A stretch of 64,000 bases of DNA, taken from contig DASZRD010000004.1 of assembly GCA_035549255.1 (NCBI GenBank), positions 72,667-136,666 of the forward strand. The letters are read 5' to 3'. The DNA comes from Minisyncoccota bacterium (GTDB lineage: Bacteria > Patescibacteriota > Minisyncoccia > Phycocordibacterales > SBAW01). The position numbers were made by a program, and so were the translations under genes. Position 1 is the first letter of the stretch. Every line of letters starts with the position of its first letter. Positions 34,239 to 40,845 of the stretch are shown in pieces. The notes below the pieces were generated by a model. It made no database searches. It saw nothing but the letters and a program-made list of their open reading frames with translations, and had not been told where the DNA came from.

Positions 34239-35030
34239 ATGGCTAAAAGAGACGGCCGTTCGGATTCCGAACGGCACAAGCTTCAGCAAGAGATGCTGGA
34301 ATGCCTACCACGCCTCAAGATGTTTGCCTTGTCGTTGACGCATAATGCGTCCCGAGCTGAGGACCTGGTACAGCAGACGATGCTCCGAGGCCTGGCAAAC
34401 CTGAAGCAATTCAAATCTGGCACCAACATGTCAGCCTGGTTGTTCACAATCATGCGCAACAACTTCCGTTCTGATTACCGCAAATCAAAGCGGGAGCAGG
34501 AATGGAACCCTGAACTGGAAGACAAGCTTATGTTCAGCACGGGCTTAGGGGAAGGCGGAGCGGAAGCTTCATTTGATTTCAAACGGCTTTTGCTCTGTCT
34601 GGTCTGCCTGCCCGCCGACCAGAGCGACGTGGTCATCGCGGTCGGCTACCTCGGCATGTCGTATGAAGAGGCCGCAGGAATACTTAACTGTGCCGTCGGT
34701 ACGATCAAGTCGCGGCTCAATCGGAGCCGCGCGGAACTCCTTGTCCTTATGGAAGGAGCGGTACTGAAGTCAGTGAAGCTAGAGACGCTCAAAACCGCAA
34801 CGAAAGGCATACCTCAAAACCATCCGTACTATCCGATAGCGAAGGCCTATGAGGAACTCTACGTCGGGCTCAAGGATGTTGACGACGGATCGGATAGCAG
34901 TCAGAAGAGTAACGAGCATGCCAAAACCTCAAAGAGCGACAAGCTCTGGGAAGATTTGGTGGCCTCCGGCGCCCTCGACTACGATAACGATACGCTGGAC
35001 GACCTCATGCGAGGCGGACCGGAGGAGTAA
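34239..35030 (+). CDS. ECF sigma-70 factor (EcfG/ECF15-like) with a C-terminal extension
   Basis: LPRLKMFALSLTHNASRAEDLVQQT..GTNMSAWLFTIMRN, MSYEEAAGILNCAVGTIKSRLNRSR. SD GAGGAG. Confidence 0.88.
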   Translation: MAKRDGRSDSERHKLQQEMLECLPRLKMFALSLTHNASRAEDLVQQTMLRGLANLKQFKSGTNMSAWLFTIMRNNFRSDYRKSKREQEWNPELEDKLMFSTGLGEGGAEASFDFKRLLLCLVCLPADQSDVVIAVGYLGMSYEEAAGILNCAVGTIKSRLNRSRAELLVLMEGAVLKSVKLETLKTATKGIPQNHPYYPIAKAYEELYVGLKDVDDGSDSSQKSNEHAKTSKSDKLWEDLVASGALDYDNDTLDDLMRGGPEE

Positions 35031-35031
35031 T

Positions 35032-35061
35032 GAACCGCGGCTTTGGCTGCGGTTCTTTTTT
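35032..35061 (+). terminator. intrinsic terminator
   Basis: GAACCGCGG...CTGCGGTTC followed by a T run, right after the sigma gene stop. Confidence 0.7.
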
Positions 35062-35134
35062 GCCACCAAGGACAATATGTGGTACTTTCTTGCACGGAAT
35101 AGAAGATACACTCTGCTCTTTGAAGGAGGACTGT

Positions 35135-36166
35135 ATGTCCAAGCCAGCTTTGACGGTCGTCTCCTCCTCCGAGGAGCCGACGAATGGATACGCCTATCTC
35201 GAACTGCTCGCAAGGGTCAAAAAGGCTCTGGAGACGGGCCGCGAGATCAGCATCCCGTTCTCGGATATCCGGCCGTATCCCACACAGCCGCGCCAACGCT
35301 TTAACGCGGAAGGCATCCGGCGGTTGTCCGCGTCCATCGACGCGGGCGGCCAGACAAGCTCGGGGATAATTCGTGAGAAGCCGGCTGATATCCGGTACGA
35401 AATGGCCGATACGGGCCCCGAAATCGTACCGCGTCGAGTGTCCGGACATACTACGTATGAATTGATCGACGGCGAGCGCCGCTGGCGCAGCATCGGGCTC
35501 ATACCTGAACTCCGCCGTCCGCTGTACCGGGCGAAGTTGATTGTTGCCGAAGACGATGTGGTCCAGTATCTCATCTCCGGCATCACCAATTTCAACCGCG
35601 AAGGTCATACGGCTCTTGAGACGATGTCGACTATCGACCGGCATCTCAAATTCGGTTTCCCGATGCAGGAGATTGCAAACCTTCTCGGCATCAGCCGGTC
35701 GTGGGCAGACCAGATACACGGTCTCATGAGCCTCAAGCCTGAGTATCAGAAGCTTCTCGACCCCGATCTGCCGAAAGCCAAGCAGCTGCCTATTACGGCT
35801 GCGATCCAAATCTCCAAAATAGAGCCGCAGCTGCAAGACAGCCTCGTTGCGCGCGTCCTGGCCAGGGATATCTCTCTGAGCCGGCTGCGCGGCGAAGTCG
35901 TACGGGTCGCACGGAGCGCGGGCTCGGCTATCCGGACCCGGGAAGTAGAGCCGCGCAAATTGTGGACATCTTTCGGCAACAAAGTCGACTCGATCAGCCG
36001 CACCGCTGCCGACGCTGAGGACCTTATCACAAAGCAGGAAGTCAATCGCTTTGTGAGGCAACAGCCACGGGAGACCGACGATCTGCTCAGCAAAATTATC
36101 GACGCGAAGGTTTCTCTTTCGGAGATCGAAGCAGCGATACGCCGGTCGAGAAGTACGCAGAGCTGA
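35135..36166 (+). CDS. ParB/Spo0J N-terminal (CTPase) domain protein, orphan
   Basis: IRPYPTQPRQRF, YELIDGERRWRS, NFNRE, HTH QEIANLLGISRSW. SD GAAGGAGGA before MSKPAL. Confidence 0.85.
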   Translation: MSKPALTVVSSSEEPTNGYAYLELLARVKKALETGREISIPFSDIRPYPTQPRQRFNAEGIRRLSASIDAGGQTSSGIIREKPADIRYEMADTGPEIVPRRVSGHTTYELIDGERRWRSIGLIPELRRPLYRAKLIVAEDDVVQYLISGITNFNREGHTALETMSTIDRHLKFGFPMQEIANLLGISRSWADQIHGLMSLKPEYQKLLDPDLPKAKQLPITAAIQISKIEPQLQDSLVARVLARDISLSRLRGEVVRVARSAGSAIRTREVEPRKLWTSFGNKVDSISRTAADAEDLITKQEVNRFVRQQPRETDDLLSKIIDAKVSLSEIEAAIRRSRSTQS

Positions 36167-36216
36167 AACCGTCTTCAGAGCCGCCATCGAAAGATGCGCG
36201 GCTCTTTTTTATTTCA

Positions 36217-36651
36217 TTATATATTCTCTCGCAAAACGGCGAGCATGTTACGCGCCATGCCGACGCCCCTCCCTAGGACCGCACCTCCGGCAAGCGCAAG
36301 AATGATCGTGAGCACCTCGGGACCGGCAAACCATTGCCTAATAAAATGCTCGCCCGCAATCTCGAACACGATATAGCATCCCAGCAATATGCCGCCATAG
36401 ATATCCATGCGCGAGACGACCTTCGCCGAGTCTTCGTCCCAGGAAGTGATGTACATCCGCGAGAGGAGGCTTCCGACGACGATGCCAATTACGAGTACGG
36501 CAAGCGGATACCAGACTCCCCCACCGTGCACGATAACGCGATAGATAATTGCAATGATAATAGCTGCCGATATTCCAAGGTACAGTCGCACGCGGTTGCG
36601 CAGGCGCGAGTGCACGTGCCGGTCAAGATGCTCGCGAGTCAATTCGGCCAT
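36217..36651 (-). CDS. four-TM membrane protein
   Basis: Hydrophobic segments, WDEDSAKVVSRMD motif. Confidence 0.75.
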   Translation of the reverse strand: MAELTREHLDRHVHSRLRNRVRLYLGISAAIIIAIIYRVIVHGGGVWYPLAVLVIGIVVGSLLSRMYITSWDEDSAKVVSRMDIYGGILLGCYIVFEIAGEHFIRQWFAGPEVLTIILALAGGAVLGRGVGMARNMLAVLRENI

Positions 36652-36717
36652 AGAAGTAATTTACTATCTAAAACGCCGAGTGAACGAGCGATGAAATCAG
36701 ATTTTCACTACGGCTGA

Positions 36718-36987
36718 TCACTGCTTGCGGTGATGATTTTTGAAGAGTCCCGAAGCGCCGACCTTGATGATAAAGAAGAGATAGATGATCTCGAGTATCC
36801 CGGCGGTATTGAGAATAAGGATAAAAAAGAACCACCCCACATGCCCGCGCTGTGCCGCATGCCAGAGACCCAAGCCCTTCCAGAACACGCTCCAGCACAC
36901 AAGCACCAAAAGCATCAGCCCCGCGGCCGGTATCCATAGCGGCGCACCCAAGCCCAATGCGTATGGCATGTTGTTCAAATTATTCAT
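36718..36987 (-). CDS. DUF5652-family membrane protein
   Basis: WSVFWKGLGLWHAAQRGHVGWFFFILILNTAGILEIIYL. TATACT lies 6 nt before the ATG. Confidence 0.85.
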   Translation of the reverse strand: MNNLNNMPYALGLGAPLWIPAAGLMLLVLVCWSVFWKGLGLWHAAQRGHVGWFFFILILNTAGILEIIYLFFIIKVGASGLFKNHHRKQ

Positions 36988-37045
36988 GAGTCTAGTATAG
37001 CAAATCCAGAGGCATTTGAGTCTGTCCGATAAAAAATATTTAGTG

Positions 37046-37132
37046 CGGAGGCGGAAGGATTCGAACCTTCGGTCCAGTTTCCCGGACAACAACTTAGCAG
37101 GTTGCTGCTTTCGACCGCTCAGCCACGCCTCC
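37046..37132 (-). tRNA. tRNA-Ser(GCT)
   Basis: GGAGGCG-TGGCTGAGCGGTCGAAAGC...CAAC-CTGCTAA-GTTG, long variable arm, GGTTCGAATCC, CGCCTCC-G. Confidence 0.95.
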
Positions 37133-37152
37133 TCGTTCGCTTTAGCGAACTT

Positions 37153-37279
37153 CGGAGGCGTGTGCTTCGCCGCAAGGGCTTCCCTAAAGCCTGCTTGAGC
37201 CAGGGCCTCAAGCAACGGCTTTTTCCTCAACGGAATCAGACGAAACAGTATGCAGATACTGTTTCGTAGCCACGCCTCC
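37153..37279 (-). ncRNA. structured tRNA-Ser leader / tRNA-like element
   Basis: Begins with the same 12 nt as tRNA-Ser (GGAGGCGTGGCT), ends CACGCCTCCG and encloses four hairpins. Confidence 0.5.
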
Positions 37280-37328
37280 AATGTTCATTACCTTACACTA
37301 AAACAGAGGCTCGCGCACGCTCTCATTT

Positions 37329-37625
37329 TTATAGATATTTCTCCCCGTAGCGGCGCATGGCTCTTTCCACCCCTCGCAACCCTTCCCCTTTCTTGGTCGC
37401 GCTATAGGTGCCGTCGGCGCGTTTGCGGATGATACGCTCGCTCTCAAGCTTGGCGAGCTTGAGAGCAAGCGTACGGGTAGAGATGCCCGGCAGTGCGCGC
37501 TCGAACTCGCAGAAGCGCATGGGACTCCGCTCCTCCAGCAAGGCGCGGACGACGAGCATCGTCCAGGTGTCCGAGAGGAGCTTGGCAGTCTTGGTAACGG
37601 GGCAAGTAGTCGTAGTCGGCTTCAT
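37329..37625 (-). CDS. HxlR-family winged-helix regulator
   Basis: CPVTKTAKLLSDTWTMLVVRALL..RFCEFERALPGISTRTLA..L..LE. Confidence 0.9.
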   Translation of the reverse strand: MKPTTTTCPVTKTAKLLSDTWTMLVVRALLEERSPMRFCEFERALPGISTRTLALKLAKLESERIIRKRADGTYSATKKGEGLRGVERAMRRYGEKYL

Positions 37626-37751
37626 ACCTTTTATAGGCAGTATAGCATGCGGTGGAGTGGATAAATTACTTTACTTTGTAAAGTATATGGCGGTATACTG
37701 AAGGCTACATTCTTAATAATTAGTAATGGTTACACAGCACCTAACACTAGT

Positions 37752-38369
37752 ATGGAGTACGACACGCTCGCATCAGATGCATCGCTCGAGAAAACCGCCG
37801 CCTCGCTTAAAGAGCACAACTTCGAGCCGGAGATTTTGAATACCAAGGAAGAGGCGCTCGAGCGGATCAAGGCACTCATCCCCGCCGGAGCCTCGGTCAT
37901 GAACGGCGCTTCGCGCACGCTCGACGAGATAGGCTTCGTCGGCCACCTGCAGTCCGGCGACCACGACTGGCACAACCTCCACGAGGCGATTCTGAGCGAA
38001 CAGGACCCGGCTGAGCAGCAAAAACTGCGCCGCATGTCGGTCGTCTCGGACTTTTACCTCGGCAGCGTCCACGCGCTTTCGGAAACCGGCGAGATGGTGA
38101 TCGCCTCCAATACCGGCAGCCAGCTCCCCCACCTGGTCTATACTTCGCCCAACATTATCCTTGTCGTGAGTACCAAAAAGATCACGCCGACGCTTGGGGA
38201 CGCGCTCGCGCGGCTCAATGAGTTTGTGGTCCCGCTCGAGGACGACCGTTTGATGAAACAGCACAACATGCATACGACGCACGCCAAGACGCTCATCATG
38301 CACCGCGAGAATCCGAACATGGGCCGCCACATTCACGTGCTCCTCGTCAAAGAGAAGCTCGGCTTCTAG
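37752..38369 (+). CDS. LUD-domain (lactate utilization C-like) protein
   Basis: GASRTLDEIG, DFYLGSVHALSETGE..IASNTGSQL, VLLVKEKLGF. Confidence 0.85.
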   Translation: MEYDTLASDASLEKTAASLKEHNFEPEILNTKEEALERIKALIPAGASVMNGASRTLDEIGFVGHLQSGDHDWHNLHEAILSEQDPAEQQKLRRMSVVSDFYLGSVHALSETGEMVIASNTGSQLPHLVYTSPNIILVVSTKKITPTLGDALARLNEFVVPLEDDRLMKQHNMHTTHAKTLIMHRENPNMGRHIHVLLVKEKLGF

Positions 38370-38381
38370 CCGGGCGCGGAA

Positions 38382-39728
38382 CTAAAGCCCGATGGGTATC
38401 ACGCCCGACACCGGAGGAATGGCGATTGTTCCGGAAGTATTGACCGCGCTGCTCGTTGCGCCCACAGAAGAGCCGCCGCTCGTCGCCGTATTCGATATCG
38501 TGTCCGCCGAAGCACCTGCTGAAGAGGAAGCGCTCCCTTCTATGACGATCGGGAATCCGGCCGAAGCCGAGCTTTGATCGGGCCTCATGGGCGCCACCGG
38601 CCATACGAAATCCTTCTTGAAGGTCTTGCTTGCAGTAATAAGCGTGCCGAGCTCGATGCTCTGCTTGAGTGCGCTCGTGAACTTCGCGCGCGCGGTCGCG
38701 TAATCCTGCCCCGCGATTGCATCGTCGCCGGCGCGGATGGTTGCATCGAACTGATCGAGATGCGCCTGGATGTTGGCGACCGTGGTGGTAGAGAGCGAGT
38801 TCTGAGCGGCGGCAAATTGCGCGCGCACGCGCGTGATCTGCACCTCTGCCTTCTTCTCAAGCCCCACGGCGACCGTCTGGTCGACTGTGGCGCCCGGGCT
38901 TCCCGCGACTGGCGCCGAAGCCGCGGGCGCCTCCCCGTGCGCATTCGTAGCGGAGAACATTTCTGCCGTGCCGCTGGCCTGGACCTCGAGCGTGTCGGAG
39001 GCGGACATGGTCATCGGCTGCGCCTTGGGCGCGACCATAGCCATTGCTTTCATGACCACCACTGGCGCGCCGCCCGACCCGGAGCCGATGCTCGCAGCCG
39101 GCGCGACGTTCATTGCAAGCGTCGCGGCATTTTCCTGGGTTGCGGTATCGGTGCTCGTGTCGCCGATACCAGAGAGGATGCTGCTATGCGCGGCGAGCGC
39201 GGAGTCGAGCGTTACCTGCGCTTCAACGGCAGCGCTCGGATCGCTCTGCGCAAGACTATCGGCCGAGCCTCGGGCCTGCGCGACATGCGCGTCGAGGTTG
39301 GCTTGCAGCTCGCTCGTCGTCGTCGCGTCGAGCCGGCCCATGCTTGCGAGCGTCTCGGCCTCCTCAAGGCGCGTCTGCGCGACGGAAATATTGTAGGAAG
39401 CCTTCGCCGCATCGCCGATAGCGAGCGCGCCCGCGACATTTTCATTCACATAGATCTTGACCGGATACAGAGTCTCGCCCGGCAGCGCTCCCTGCGCAGC
39501 AAGAGCCGTCCCGCCGCCGGCAAAGACGACCAGTAGGAAGGCGGCGATCGGCATCGCGAAGCGCATGGAGAAAATAGAATACGAGCTGCGCACGACCGTC
39601 CGGCGCGGCGGGGCGTATTTGGCGCCGTCTATCACCTCGAAAATCCGCGCGCGCATCACGGCCTTCTCGTCACGCGAAAGGCGCAGGTTCTTGGCGGCGG
39701 TTTGGAGCTGTCTAAGCGGATTATTCAT
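38382..39728 (-). CDS. DUF5667-domain membrane protein, putative anti-sigma factor
   Basis: TM, then ALPGETLYPVKIYVNENV..RLEEAE. Directly downstream of the ECF sigma gene. Confidence 0.8.
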   Translation of the reverse strand: MNNPLRQLQTAAKNLRLSRDEKAVMRARIFEVIDGAKYAPPRRTVVRSSYSIFSMRFAMPIAAFLLVVFAGGGTALAAQGALPGETLYPVKIYVNENVAGALAIGDAAKASYNISVAQTRLEEAETLASMGRLDATTTSELQANLDAHVAQARGSADSLAQSDPSAAVEAQVTLDSALAAHSSILSGIGDTSTDTATQENAATLAMNVAPAASIGSGSGGAPVVVMKAMAMVAPKAQPMTMSASDTLEVQASGTAEMFSATNAHGEAPAASAPVAGSPGATVDQTVAVGLEKKAEVQITRVRAQFAAAQNSLSTTTVANIQAHLDQFDATIRAGDDAIAGQDYATARAKFTSALKQSIELGTLITASKTFKKDFVWPVAPMRPDQSSASAGFPIVIEGSASSSAGASADTISNTATSGGSSVGATSSAVNTSGTIAIPPVSGVIPIGL

Positions 39729-39729
39729 A

Positions 39730-40263
39730 TCATTTCATCTTGGGGTCGGATTCGAGCGCGACTTTGAGCTTGCGCAGCCCGCGGTGGATGCGTACCGAGA
39801 CCGCGTTTTCGCTTTCCTCAAGCGCCTCGCCGATCTCCTTGGGGGTCAGGCTGTCGACATAGCGCATGACGAGCACTTCGCGGTAGGAATCGGGAAGGGT
39901 CTTGAGCGCCTGCAGGGCGCGGGAGCCTTCGAAGCGGTCGATCGCCGCTTCCAGCGTATTGGTCTCGTCGGCGGGGAGCAAGTTCTCGATGCTGTGCGCG
40001 TCTTCATCGAGCATGCCCTCGAGCGAGTAGGATTTTGCCTTGCGGTACTCGTCGATGATGAGGTTGCGGAGCGTCCGGTAAAGGAACGGCCGCACCTCCC
40101 GCACTTCCTTTCCATCCGCGATATACTGCCAGGTCTTCAGGAACGCCTCCTGGGTCAGCTCGAGCGCGCGCTCGCGGTCGGAGAGCCGGAGGCTTGCGTG
40201 GCGAAAGAGCTCGTCGCTGTAGCGCTCGTAGGCCTCGCCGAATGCCGCCTCTTGGTCCCTCAT
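39730..40263 (-). CDS. ECF RNA polymerase sigma factor
   Basis: AYERYSDELFRHA..ALELTQEAFLKTW..FLYRTLRNLIIDEYRK..LPDSYREVLVMRY..VSVRIHRGLRKL. Confidence 0.92.
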   Translation of the reverse strand: MRDQEAAFGEAYERYSDELFRHASLRLSDRERALELTQEAFLKTWQYIADGKEVREVRPFLYRTLRNLIIDEYRKAKSYSLEGMLDEDAHSIENLLPADETNTLEAAIDRFEGSRALQALKTLPDSYREVLVMRYVDSLTPKEIGEALEESENAVSVRIHRGLRKLKVALESDPKMK

Positions 40264-40411
40264 ATATAGACGCATGAGGGGTCGCCCCCTTTCACGTCGC
40301 CCTATTCTAGCCTGTTTATTGGATATGTGCGATTCTTCTCTATTTCTTGACATCTTCATGCGTCGAGGGGTACACCAGATAAGGGTGGCTGTTCTGTAGC
40401 AAGGAGTCGTA

Positions 40412-40789
40412 ATGACCAAACCACGCCTTCGCCTGGCGGTATCAAACCCGCCGGAAGAGCATGCGGAGGATGCAGACGAGTGGAGTACGTCCGCCGAGGA
40501 GCTCATGCAGTTCCTTGGCACGCCGGATACGATTGAGAAGATCGCGGTGATACGCAGCACGATCGCGCACAGTAGTATCGCCGATGACGCGAAGCGCCTT
40601 GCCGCATCATGCAGCCTTGCGTTCGATCTTTTCGTCACGGGCGCGGCAATCGTGCTCGTGCGCGGCGACGACTACGTCGCGGTGGTGACGAATTACCTCG
40701 ACCACAGCGTCAGGCGCGCGGACAACGCACTCATCCGCGACAATCTGACAACGCTGCTGTACCTTTACCGCAAAGAGGCCGGCCCCTAG
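40412..40789 (+). CDS. hypothetical protein
   Basis: SD AAGGAG, TTGACA upstream, fills the gap between the sigma gene and recG. Confidence 0.65.
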   Translation: MTKPRLRLAVSNPPEEHAEDADEWSTSAEELMQFLGTPDTIEKIAVIRSTIAHSSIADDAKRLAASCSLAFDLFVTGAAIVLVRGDDYVAVVTNYLDHSVRRADNALIRDNLTTLLYLYRKEAGP

Positions 40790-40845
40790 GGCCGGCCTCT
40801 TATCATGCGCTGTCTTTCTTCATAGGGCGCATATATGATACGTAC

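Noticed and set aside
36988-37281. N-terminal extension of the DUF5652 ORF given in the ORF track (187 aa)
   Set aside because: It runs through tRNA-Ser and its leader. The real start is 36987, behind a TATACT box.
38382-40263. ECF sigma plus DUF5667 protein as a novel system
   Set aside because: Looks like an ordinary sigma/anti-sigma pair of a type common in this lineage.
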